In this document: in pieces, positions 1 to 6,968 of the stretch
Layout of the letters: each line of letters opens with the position of its first letter
How positions within the stretch are numbered: position 1 is the first letter of the stretch
Source: an uncultured Schwartzia sp.
Lineage (GTDB): Bacteria; Bacillota; Negativicutes; Selenomonadales; Selenomonadaceae
Assembly: GCA_905373705.1 (NCBI GenBank)
Contig: CAJPUA010000001.1
Coordinates: forward strand, 1 to 34,398
Reading direction: 5' to 3'
Length of the DNA stretch: 34,398 bases
Translations under genes and position numbers: made by a program
The notes under the pieces: generated by a model
What the model was told of the DNA's origin: nothing
The model's database searches: none
The model's input: only the letters and a program-made list of their open reading frames with translations

Positions 1-70
1 AGCTGTCGTCATTATTGATGCAGCAAAACGCGAAGCGACACTGTAGTACCGAAATCTTCTGGAACCAAGA

Positions 71-96
71 GGGGCCTCAACATTCGTTGGGGCCCC
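71..96 (-). terminator. Candidate terminator hairpin after the leader operon
   Basis: An 11-bp stem (71-81 pairing with 86-96, one T-G position) with a 4-nt loop lies 7 nt beyond the stop of the 103-726 gene. The tail on the minus strand (TCTTGGTTCC) is only weakly U-rich. Confidence 0.4.
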
Positions 97-102
97 CGCT
101 TG

Positions 103-726
103 TTAGAACGTAAACAGCACAAGACAGAGAATCGACAGGAAAGACATCAAAGAGAGAGCGACCTGAAGCCTCAGTTGGCCATTGCCATCCGTGACGCCAA
201 GTCTTGCGTTGCGTTTCATCGTCGCCATAAGGTCCATGACGTTGCCCAAGAGGAACGGGCTGGAACACAAGAGGAATATCCAACCTGACGGCACATTCAG
301 AAACCAGCTGACAATGCCACTAAAGCCGCTTTGCGGAAGCGACAGCCAGAAGGGATATCGGCCGCTTCCCATAACGTATCCAGCGTTCAGACATGCTGCA
401 CATAGCAGAACCAAAACGCTCATCATCAAACCCCACGAACGCCAAAGAAATCCTCTGTTTTTGATGGCGGCGATCTCGTCGGATTTCTCCCTTACGGCTT
501 CGCTGATCTCTTTCAGGGCAAACTGTGCAGCCCCCTTAGCAACTCTTTCAACGTCTTGAAGCCGTTCGACGTGACGATTGTCATAGAACTCATTCACGAG
601 AATGATGTACCACATCGAGTCTTCCTTAGCCAGGTTCAACACGTCGCCAAAACGGGAAAAACGGGCTATTTCCTCCTCCGTAGGAGGGCGTTTGTAGAGC
701 TCTTGGAAGAATTCGTCGCGTGTCAC
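103..726 (-). CDS. Hypothetical multi-pass membrane protein, last gene of the leader operon (occupies the TraM position)
   Basis: 207-aa ORF. Its GTG start overlaps the upstream stop (GTGA at 723-726). A charged soluble N-terminal half is followed by hydrophobic segments (WGLMMSVLVLLCAACLNAGYV, IVSWFLNVPSGWIFLLCSSPFLLG, ALSLMSFLSILCLVLFTF). No family recognised. Confidence 0.6.
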   Translation of the reverse strand: MTRDEFFQELYKRPPTEEEIARFSRFGDVLNLAKEDSMWYIILVNEFYDNRHVERLQDVERVAKGAAQFALKEISEAVREKSDEIAAIKNRGFLWRSWGLMMSVLVLLCAACLNAGYVMGSGRYPFWLSLPQSGFSGIVSWFLNVPSGWIFLLCSSPFLLGNVMDLMATMKRNARLGVTDGNGQLRLQVALSLMSFLSILCLVLFTF

Positions 727-1454
727 TCTACGGCCTCCTTGTCTTCAATGTTTTTGAAAACTACGTCGAACGTTTCCTTAACAACCCTCAACCAGCGTTC
801 AAGCACGGTCCGCATCCCAAGTTTTAGGCCTTTAGGCAGCTTCTCTATTGTTACCTCGTCCGTATAGAATTTGTCTGCGATGAGGTCATTCAGGTTGGGG
901 AATGTGAGTTGACAACCCCCACGTTGAGAGATGATCTCGTGCAGGTCCTCATTCGTGTGATAGAAAGAAAACTCCTCCTCTTTGCCGAAGTAAAGGTTGA
1001 GGACAGGATAGACCACAGCGCTTTTCATCGTATCCATGAAGGAACGGAGTAAAGTAACGGAGTCCTTGTTCCTATTCATCACCCAAAACACCTTGAAGAT
1101 CACGTCCAGATTGCCGTTTCCTACGTTCTGATCGAGCAACGTTCCTTGCGTCTGGACCCCAAGGTTGGAGGCTGCCATCGAGTTGATGAGTACGTGCTGT
1201 GCCTTCGTGCTGTCTATCTCATCAACGAGGTCCATCCATCCTGTGTCATCTTCACCGAGAGGAATCCCCTGAACAATGATACCTGACGTGTTCTTGTACA
1301 GGCGACCAACATCGGGATTGCTCGTGTCCGTTTCGACAAGGAGTAGCGTGTCCTTGGGGAACGCCTTTCTAAAATAATCGACTAGTGCCATGCAGACCAT
1401 GCTCTTTCCCGTACCGCCCTTGCTGCCACCCACATAGACAAGGTTTTTTCTCAT
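723..1454 (-). CDS. traL: TraL-like P-loop (ParA/MinD-type deviant Walker A) relaxosome accessory ATPase
   Basis: 243 aa. N-terminal VYVGGSKGGTGKS Walker A. Size and layout match my memory of RP4 TraL (241 aa). ATGA overlap with the upstream gene at 1451-1454. Confidence 0.75.
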   Translation of the reverse strand: MRKNLVYVGGSKGGTGKSMVCMALVDYFRKAFPKDTLLLVETDTSNPDVGRLYKNTSGIIVQGIPLGEDDTGWMDLVDEIDSTKAQHVLINSMAASNLGVQTQGTLLDQNVGNGNLDVIFKVFWVMNRNKDSVTLLRSFMDTMKSAVVYPVLNLYFGKEEEFSFYHTNEDLHEIISQRGGCQLTFPNLNDLIADKFYTDEVTIEKLPKGLKLGMRTVLERWLRVVKETFDVVFKNIEDKEAVE

Positions 1455-1747
1455 CGCGACTCCTCCTGCTTATTTTCTTGTGTCATATCCTGTTTTTTCG
1501 AGTACTTCCGCCAGGCTCTGGCAAAGCTTTCATAGCTGCCAAGCTTCACGCCAGTCTTGATCAAGAAGTTATAGACGTGCTTTCTGGCAAGGCCGAAACA
1601 CTTCAGCCTCTCCAGGTTAAGACGGACGAATTCATCTGTAGAAACAAAGCCGTCACCGACTAAATAATCATTCTCTCGCATGTGTTCCTCAAGTGCATCC
1701 AACGCTTTCTCCGCCTGTTCCAAGTTTACAAGGATTCTTTTGCTCAA
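1451..1747 (-). CDS. TraK-like small oriT-binding protein, paralog of 1784-2227
   Basis: 98 aa. The segment FGLARKHVYNFLIKTGVKLGSYESFARAWRKY parallels YGVSRRAIYDSLRGAGLQLGSFKSFSDSWRRA in the neighbouring gene, and the VTIWEHMRETGKVKFSYETFRSHARRH region of RP4 TraK as I recall it. Confidence 0.6.
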   Translation of the reverse strand: MSKRILVNLEQAEKALDALEEHMRENDYLVGDGFVSTDEFVRLNLERLKCFGLARKHVYNFLIKTGVKLGSYESFARAWRKYSKKQDMTQENKQEESR

Positions 1748-1783
1748 ACCTTTACCTCCTAGCCCAGGGAGCAGGGAGCTGGC

Positions 1784-2227
1784 CTAAATCTTGAACCGTT
1801 TTGCCCCTGTTTCCGGGTCAAAGAACATCTCTGTCCCATACGGATTTTTTCCGAGAGGCTTAAACCTGCGATCTGCCGGTAGGCCGTCTTTCTCCTGTTC
1901 CGATTGCTCGAGCGTTGACTGTACGGAAACCCCCTGTTGTTTGCGTTCGGACTCAGGACATTGTTTTGGCTGTTCAGCCATCACTGTAGCTTGTGTGGTA
2001 TCGCAGGCTTTAGCCTCCGCTCTGCGCCAGCTGTCCGAGAACGACTTAAAGCTTCCAAGTTGTAGACCTGCCCCTCGTAAGCTGTCATAGATGGCTCTTC
2101 GTGACACACCGTATCTTTGTAGTTTAGCGATGTTCATGCTGACAAACTCAGATACGGATATGCTGAACTCATCCTGCCTCCGGTCCAGTTCGGACAGCGC
2201 CTCTTTTGCCTCTTTCATGCGAATCAT
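1784..2227 (-). CDS. traK: TraK-like oriT-binding protein with an extended C-terminal tail
   Basis: 147 aa with the same TraK-like N-terminal motif as above. A GGAGG RBS lies 7 nt upstream of the ATG. It is the first canonical gene of the traK-traL leader operon. Confidence 0.6.
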   Translation of the reverse strand: MIRMKEAKEALSELDRRQDEFSISVSEFVSMNIAKLQRYGVSRRAIYDSLRGAGLQLGSFKSFSDSWRRAEAKACDTTQATVMAEQPKQCPESERKQQGVSVQSTLEQSEQEKDGLPADRRFKPLGKNPYGTEMFFDPETGAKRFKI

Positions 2228-2254
2228 GATATGCCTCCAAGGAAACCCATGCCT

Positions 2255-3550
2255 TTAGGCATGGGAGGAATTGGAAACGTATCGGTATCCGTTTCCGTGC
2301 TGCAACCGATAGCAGTACCGCCACGACACGCCATCGTTTTCTCCGACCCGAAAACTCCCCGAAGTGCGTACTACGACGCGTCCTACATGGATGCCAGCAT
2401 GTCCGCCCTTCGGGACGTCCGCACGGACAAAGTCGCCGGTACGAAATCCATGAACGGTCCGTGCCGCCTTGGGGCCGGTCCGCGGGAAGCCGTACTTGTC
2501 CATCCGGCACATTTGCCGACACCCGCGTCCCATCGCCTTGATGGAGAGAGCTTCCACATCGGGGTCCAGCCTAACAGCACCTCCCGTTTCCCCGACACAG
2601 GCGGCATCAATCCAGTGTTTCTTGGGGTAGCCCTGCGTCGTCCGGTTGAACTTCGTCCGGCCGCCGGTCCCCAACTCGACCGGAAGTCCTGTCCCCTTCA
2701 GTCGTTCCAGCAATGCCCACCGTGTCGCATTGACCGCGGCAATATCCCTCAATGGAGCTTTCGCCTGCGAGAGCACTCTGCGCAGTATCTCCGGCTTCCG
2801 GCGCAGAAACTCCTCGATCGGGCGGTTGCCCTTCCGTTGATTGCAGGTGTGGCACGCCAACGTGAGGTTCGATACACGGTCGGAACCACCCTTCGACTTA
2901 GGGACAATATGCTCCACTTCCAGCGGGACGTCCTCTGTGCCACAGTAGACACACCTGTGGCCCCATTTCTCCAGCAGGTATTCTCGGACTTCATACCCGT
3001 ACAGCGTTCCCTGCTGGTACTCCGCCCCTGATACTTCAGGGTCCTGCATCGTCTGGGTGTCGAACTTCACCAGCTCCATGGAGAGGCCGCCGACGTGAGC
3101 CCATCGGCAGAGCCGACGTACCCACGTAACCACGTTGTTCACCCGGCTTTCGAGGCTTGGTGGCAGCCAGCCCTCCTTCCGCCCCCGATTCAAGAACCGT
3201 GCAGGGCGATAGCGTGTCTTTCGTGATCGCCGCGCACAGCGTACCACACGACGTTTGTCCAGCTTGGCTTTCACCTCCAGTCCTCGATGCTGTAGTTCCG
3301 AAGCCCAAACTACCTCGTCCATACCACGGCGCCTCATCACAAGTGCCATTCCGGTCGTCCTACTGCCGGGGTCAATCTTGACCTTGACCTCGGTTGGTTC
3401 CTCGGCGGGTGCATACTTCAGGATGATCGTGAACGGCACACGGCGGAAGACTGCCGCCTTCCCCTTTCTCAGAAGCTCTCTTGCCCGTGCCGGATGGCAT
3501 GGTGAGAGCGGTTTCCTGTTCGTATCCAGCACAAAGACTCGCATTACCAT
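2255..3550 (-). CDS. iscB: IscB-type RNA-guided endonuclease (PLMP domain, split RuvC, HNH insert, C-terminal beta-rich domain)
   Basis: 431 aa. Motifs in order, residue numbers by my own count: PLMP-like RKPLSPCHPARARELLRKGKA; RuvC-I KIDPGSRTTGMAL (D60); Arg-rich bridge helix KRRVVRCARRSRKTRYRPARFLNR; RuvC-II LSMELVKFD (E159); HNH CVYCG...LEVEHIVPKSKGGSDRVSNLTLACHTCNQRKGN (H214, N237); RuvC-III KKHWIDAACVG (H312, D315). Confidence 0.9.
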   Translation of the reverse strand: MVMRVFVLDTNRKPLSPCHPARARELLRKGKAAVFRRVPFTIILKYAPAEEPTEVKVKIDPGSRTTGMALVMRRRGMDEVVWASELQHRGLEVKAKLDKRRVVRCARRSRKTRYRPARFLNRGRKEGWLPPSLESRVNNVVTWVRRLCRWAHVGGLSMELVKFDTQTMQDPEVSGAEYQQGTLYGYEVREYLLEKWGHRCVYCGTEDVPLEVEHIVPKSKGGSDRVSNLTLACHTCNQRKGNRPIEEFLRRKPEILRRVLSQAKAPLRDIAAVNATRWALLERLKGTGLPVELGTGGRTKFNRTTQGYPKKHWIDAACVGETGGAVRLDPDVEALSIKAMGRGCRQMCRMDKYGFPRTGPKAARTVHGFRTGDFVRADVPKGGHAGIHVGRVVVRTSGSFRVGENDGVSWRYCYRLQHGNGYRYVSNSSHA

Positions 3551-3848
3551 GGGATTACTCCCCTTCCTGCCCCAAGAGGGCGTGATGTTCTCCTCGCCAA
3601 TGTATGCAGCCGGCTCCTCCCCGTATCGGAGAGCGGCCCTGGCGTTCGGCGCTTTGCCTTTCGCTTTCTTCGCCAGGGCCTTGCAGGGTCCGGGACTGGA
3701 GATGCATCCCGGAGGGCGTCTTTACGACCTGCTGCATACGTAGCCCGATATTGCTGGGCTAAGGCTGGTCAGTCCGGCTCAGGGATTCTTCCCCAAGCTC
3801 ACCGCCTTCAACGGTAGGCAACTGACTTTTGACGCCATCACTTCCGTT
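3551..3848 (-). ncRNA. Candidate omega-RNA (IscB guide/scaffold RNA); 5' boundary uncertain
   Basis: GC-rich region directly 5' of iscB on the same strand, without a credible ORF. Nested helices: 3635-3644/3671-3680 (10 bp), 3690-3695/3707-3712 (6 bp) and 3617-3623/3627-3633 (7 bp). The last contains one pair that is G-U only if the minus strand is the RNA. A long-range 9-bp pairing (3602-3610/3731-3739) closes the domain. Confidence 0.5.
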
Positions 3849-3854
3849 CCCTTC

Positions 3855-3884
3855 ATTAAATGACGCAATATGGTTATATTTCAA
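3855..3884 (-). promoter_or_regulatory. Candidate sigma70-type promoter for the omega-RNA/iscB/leader operon
   Basis: On the minus strand: TTGAAA (3884-3879), an 18-nt spacer, then TTTAAT (3860-3855). It sits in the AT-rich block just upstream of the GC-rich structured region. Confidence 0.3.
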
Positions 3885-4025
3885 CGCCATTGCTTCTCGA
3901 TTCGACATAAAATAACGCGATAACGAGCTTTTTTTGCTAAAATCAGCGCGATCATTGCCAGAAATGCAGGGCAATTTACATACCGTTATACACCTGAATC
4001 GTTGTGTCATGGGGTTTTTTAGACA

Positions 4026-4088
4026 ATATTTCTTTTATAGGAACGAAATTTCTTTTTAAAAGAAATATAGTCCTTCTGAAAGAAATAT
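4026..4088. promoter_or_regulatory. 63-bp dyad-symmetric operator with four half-sites
   Basis: ATATTTCTTTT (4026-4036), AAATTTCTTTT (4046-4056), centre T at 4057, AAAAGAAATAT (4058-4068) and GAAAGAAATAT (4078-4088). The inner pair is a perfect 9-bp-arm palindrome (4048-4066). Same-orientation copies are 20 bp apart. Confidence 0.55.
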
Positions 4089-4099
4089 GTTCCGTTTTT

Positions 4100-4330
4100 T
4101 CCCGCAGGACGAGGGGTTAGCATTATCATGCTGGAGAGTTACATCGTAGTATACGGGACAAGCAGGCGCTTGTCCGACAAACCCACTGACGTGGGTTGCC
4201 GTCCAAGCGCCTATAAGTGCAATCGGCGGCCCTTTGGGCCTTCTCTCGCACTATGCTTGCCAGGGCGCGCTGCCCTGGACCTGGCAGGAGGGCGTTCCCC
4301 CCTGCATTCCCAATCCGCCGTTTCGTTGAA
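4100..4330. other. Candidate oriT (origin of transfer) region
   Basis: It lies between the divergent traK-side and mobC/traI-side operons, as in RP4. Hairpins: 4119-4132 (5 bp), 4156-4163/4168-4175 (8 bp), 4180-4186/4191-4197 (7 bp), 4260-4266/4272-4278 (7 bp). Nic-like strings: GTCCTG|C on the minus strand (4110-4105), 8 nt from the 4119-4132 repeat, and ATAAGTGCAATCGG (4213-4226). Confidence 0.45.
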
Positions 4331-4357
4331 CGGCCCAAGAAGGAAAGACGCGCAGAG

Positions 4358-4675
4358 ATGACACAAAAGAAACAAGACCTCAGACCGAGGCGCATATACG
4401 CAAGGCTCACAGTTGATGAGTATGCTGACCTGAAAGAACAGGCCGACGCCTCCGCGCTGTCCCTCTCAGAGTATGTCCGGCGCAGAGTATTCGGGCGACG
4501 TGTCACCTCTAAGGTAGACCTGCGCGTCCTGGCAGAACTCAGGCGGCTGGGCGGACTGATGAAACACGTCCATAACGAAACAGGCGGGATATATAGTGAG
4601 GACACGAGGGACGCTATTCAGGCTCTGACGGCTTGTGCGCGTGGCATCGAGCGAAAGTTGAGTGAAGGACATTGA
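4358..4675 (+). CDS. mobC: MobC/TraJ-type ribbon-helix-helix relaxosome accessory protein
   Basis: 105 aa from ATG 4358 (the formal ORF opens at 4217). MobC-family pattern RRIYARLTVDEYADLKEQADASALSLSEYVRRRV. The stop overlaps the relaxase TTG start (TTGA, 4672-4675). Confidence 0.8.
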   Translation: MTQKKQDLRPRRIYARLTVDEYADLKEQADASALSLSEYVRRRVFGRRVTSKVDLRVLAELRRLGGLMKHVHNETGGIYSEDTRDAIQALTACARGIERKLSEGH

Positions 4676-6603
4676 TCGCCAAGATACCTCCAGGACGCCA
4701 GGACGGGAAAAGCAGCTTTCGAGATCTTGGGAACTACATCCTGGGAAGGACCGGGCACAGCGCCGGGTCAGTCCTGCATGTCGGGTTTCAGAACTTGACG
4801 ACGGATGGAACGGCTGCACTGGAGATGGAGGTCCTGGCGTCGGAGAATACGCGGAGCAGAAACCCCGTCTTTCACTTCATTCTCTCATGGCGTGAGATGG
4901 AGCGCCCGACCTCTGAGCAGGTCGATGAGGCGGTGCAGATTGCTCTCAAGGAACTGGAACTGGAGGGGTGTCAGGCGCTGTGGGCGTTGCAGGGTGACAC
5001 GGAGAACCAGCACGTACACGTGATGGTGAACCGCATTGATCCTGAAACGTATCGGGCTATCCAGCCCGCAGGAAACTGGACGAAGAAGGCGCTGGAGAGG
5101 GCGGCTCGGAAGATTGAGCTGGCACAGGGCTGGGAGGTAGAACGCTCAGGTCGTTATGATGTCAATCCAGACGGCACGATTCAGGAGAAGGGCAATGGTA
5201 ATGAACCGAAGCTGACGCAGAAGTCGCGGGACATCGAGGCCCATACGGGAGCAAAGAGTTGGGAACGCTTGATAAAAGAACAGGTCGGAGCGGTTCTGAG
5301 GGACGCCATAAGCTGGGGCGAGTTACACCAAAAGCTAGGCGAGCTTGGGCTCTCTATGGAACGTAAGGGGAGTGGAGCTGTTCTGCTATGGAATGACGGA
5401 AGTGAGCAACATGCCGTAAAGGTATCTACGGTAGATCGCGGAAGCAGCCTGAAGAAACTTGAGGCACGCCTGGGAGCGTTTCAGGAGCGTGAGCATGACG
5501 TCGGGGTCAGCTTGGCACCGCAGATGAAGCCAGTAGAGGTCGTAGCAGCAGAACCCGCTCTGGAGCGCACGTGGAAAGGCTACATACACAACAGGACAGA
5601 GTACTTTAAGGCAAAGTCTGCAGCCCGTGCGACCCTCCGAGAGCGACAGAAACAGGAGTACATAAAGCTCTTGAAATGCCAGAAGCAGGAACGGCAGAAG
5701 CTCTTCCAGAACGAAAACTGGAAGGGACGAGGGAAAGAACTAAACCAACGCCGGAGCCTTCTAGCGGCAAAACACGCCCGCGAGAAGCTAAACCAGCGGG
5801 ACGCACAGAAGCTGGAAACGGAGAACCTGAACTCACGCTTCCTGCAACACTTTCCGAGCTTCAAGACCTGGCTGAAAGAGCAGGAAGACGGAATGCTCTT
5901 CCTGAAGTACCGCTACCCTGGTCAGACGGTGCTGACGTCACCGTCACAGAAGCAAAATGTTGCAGCTAAGGTAATTGACATCCGCAACTTCATGGCATTC
6001 CGTTCTCTGAACGGCACGGCATGGGGCCGGGAGAAAGGCGTGGCGGATTTCGTCGATGCCGGACGGCGAATCGTGATGCGCAAGGGAATGGACCATGACG
6101 AAACGGCTATCCTGGCGGCGCTGCAACTGGCGAACCAGAAGTGGGGAACGGCTCAAATCAACGGCACGGATGAGGAATATCGCCGGATGTGCGTACAGGT
6201 GGCCATCCAACACAACCTTCGAATCGCCAATCCAGATTTGAGAAAGGCCGTTGAGGAGGGAAGAAAGCGAATGTACGAGGGACAGAGCAGGGGAGGGAGT
6301 ACGGAGGTTGCAAAGGACCTTTTGACGCGGTATGCCAAGGCCGTTGGTGCGGAGCGTTTCCGCATTGTTGTAACAGAATTCACGCGGGAGGGAACACAAG
6401 CCTTCGTGCTGGATCGTCGAAACGGCGGCCTTAGCGGCAAGACGCTGGAGGAACTTCAGGGTCGTGTGCGTCAGTTGGAGGGGTATGCGGCGGAGCACAA
6501 AAACATCAACATCACGCCCATGAGCAAGGATAAGCACCATATCCTCGTGGACGATCTTACAGCACGGAGCAGGAGAAGGAGGACCTTCCGGAGGGCGCCC
6601 TGA
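4672..6603 (+). CDS. traI: TraI/MobA(P)-type conjugative relaxase
   Basis: 643 aa. The N-terminus MIAKIPPGR...[10 protein letters not shown] parallels RP4 TraI MIAKHVPMR...VKYITD, with Tyr at position 22. His-rich motif [19 protein letters not shown] start coupled to mobC. Confidence 0.9.
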   Translation: MIAKIPPGRQDGKSSFRDLGNYILGRTGHSAGSVLHVGFQNLTTDGTAALEMEVLASENTRSRNPVFHFILSWREMERPTSEQVDEAVQIALKELELEGCQALWALQGDTENQHVHVMVNRIDPETYRAIQPAGNWTKKALERAARKIELAQGWEVERSGRYDVNPDGTIQEKGNGNEPKLTQKSRDIEAHTGAKSWERLIKEQVGAVLRDAISWGELHQKLGELGLSMERKGSGAVLLWNDGSEQHAVKVSTVDRGSSLKKLEARLGAFQEREHDVGVSLAPQMKPVEVVAAEPALERTWKGYIHNRTEYFKAKSAARATLRERQKQEYIKLLKCQKQERQKLFQNENWKGRGKELNQRRSLLAAKHAREKLNQRDAQKLETENLNSRFLQHFPSFKTWLKEQEDGMLFLKYRYPGQTVLTSPSQKQNVAAKVIDIRNFMAFRSLNGTAWGREKGVADFVDAGRRIVMRKGMDHDETAILAALQLANQKWGTAQINGTDEEYRRMCVQVAIQHNLRIANPDLRKAVEEGRKRMYEGQSRGGSTEVAKDLLTRYAKAVGAERFRIVVTEFTREGTQAFVLDRRNGGLSGKTLEELQGRVRQLEGYAAEHKNINITPMSKDKHHILVDDLTARSRRRRTFRRAP

Positions 6604-6968
6604 TGCGGGAAAAGGGGAACGGCCCGCTCTACATGAAAGTGCTGGATATATGGGAGCCATACAGAATACTGAGGCTCCACACCCCGGAAAGGGATTTGGG
6701 CAAGTACGGCCGGATGCGCCTGAAGTATCTGGAGGAGTGGAAGGTCCGGAAGGCGTTGGAGCTGGGCGAGGAGATTCTGGTCCATTGCCTGGAGGTTCAG
6801 GATCGGGCGAAGGAGATGAAGCGGGAGATCATGGACCAGTGGCGGGAACAGAACCCGTCGGACGGAACGATGGAGTGGGTGCAGAGGGCCGAGATGCAGG
6901 ACGCGGAAGCGGAGCGCCTCGTCCTGGACACGGTGGTCTGGCCGGAGGCCAGCACGGCCAGCAGCTGA
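6603..6968 (+). CDS. TnpV-like small protein, translationally coupled to the relaxase
   Basis: 121 aa. The ATG overlaps the traI stop (TGATG). [16 protein letters not shown]...[25 protein letters not shown] fits the TnpV-family pattern as I remember it. Third-codon positions are overwhelmingly G/C in this frame. Confidence 0.7.
   Translation: MREKGNGPLYMKVLDIWEPYRILRLHTPERDLGKYGRMRLKYLEEWKVRKALELGEEILVHCLEVQDRAKEMKREIMDQWREQNPSDGTMEWVQRAEMQDAEAERLVLDTVVWPEASTASS

Noticed and set aside
2246-2265. The hairpin CCCATGCC-TTTA-GGCATGGG overlapping the iscB stop codon, considered as an IS200/IS605 right-end TnpA recognition hairpin.
   Set aside because: I found no matching subterminal hairpin at the other side (3790-3900) and there is no tnpA. 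It may simply be an attenuating or stabilising stem between iscB and traK. It is left as a note under the IscB context finding.
2231-3743. Plus-strand and off-frame ORFs overlapping iscB and its upstream RNA (2231-3031, 3255-3743, 2169-2522, 3036-3308, 3555-3737 and others).
   Set aside because: They are antisense or out of frame to a motif-complete IscB ORF, or lie inside the structured non-coding region. They have low-complexity composition and no RBS.
3759-4010. An 83-aa minus-strand ORF spanning the AT-rich block and the 5' part of the candidate omega-RNA.
   Set aside because: There is no Shine-Dalgarno sequence before the ATG (AAAAAACCCCATG). The composition is mixed and it overlaps the predicted promoter and RNA. 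It is probably spurious, although a small leader peptide cannot be excluded.
4126-4605. A 159-aa minus-strand ORF and a 77-aa plus-strand ORF across the oriT/mobC region, plus the 4217 start of the mobC ORF.
   Set aside because: They overlap hairpin-rich non-coding DNA and the well-supported mobC frame. The MobC-family similarity starts only at ATG 4358.
6650-6964. The ATG-initiated N-terminal extension of the giant ORF ([18 protein letters not shown]...GGQHGQQ).
   Set aside because: Third-position G/C content is far lower than in the overlapping 6603-6968 frame and the rest of the gene, and the peptide is Gly/Arg/Pro low complexity. It is kept only as the formal ORF boundary.
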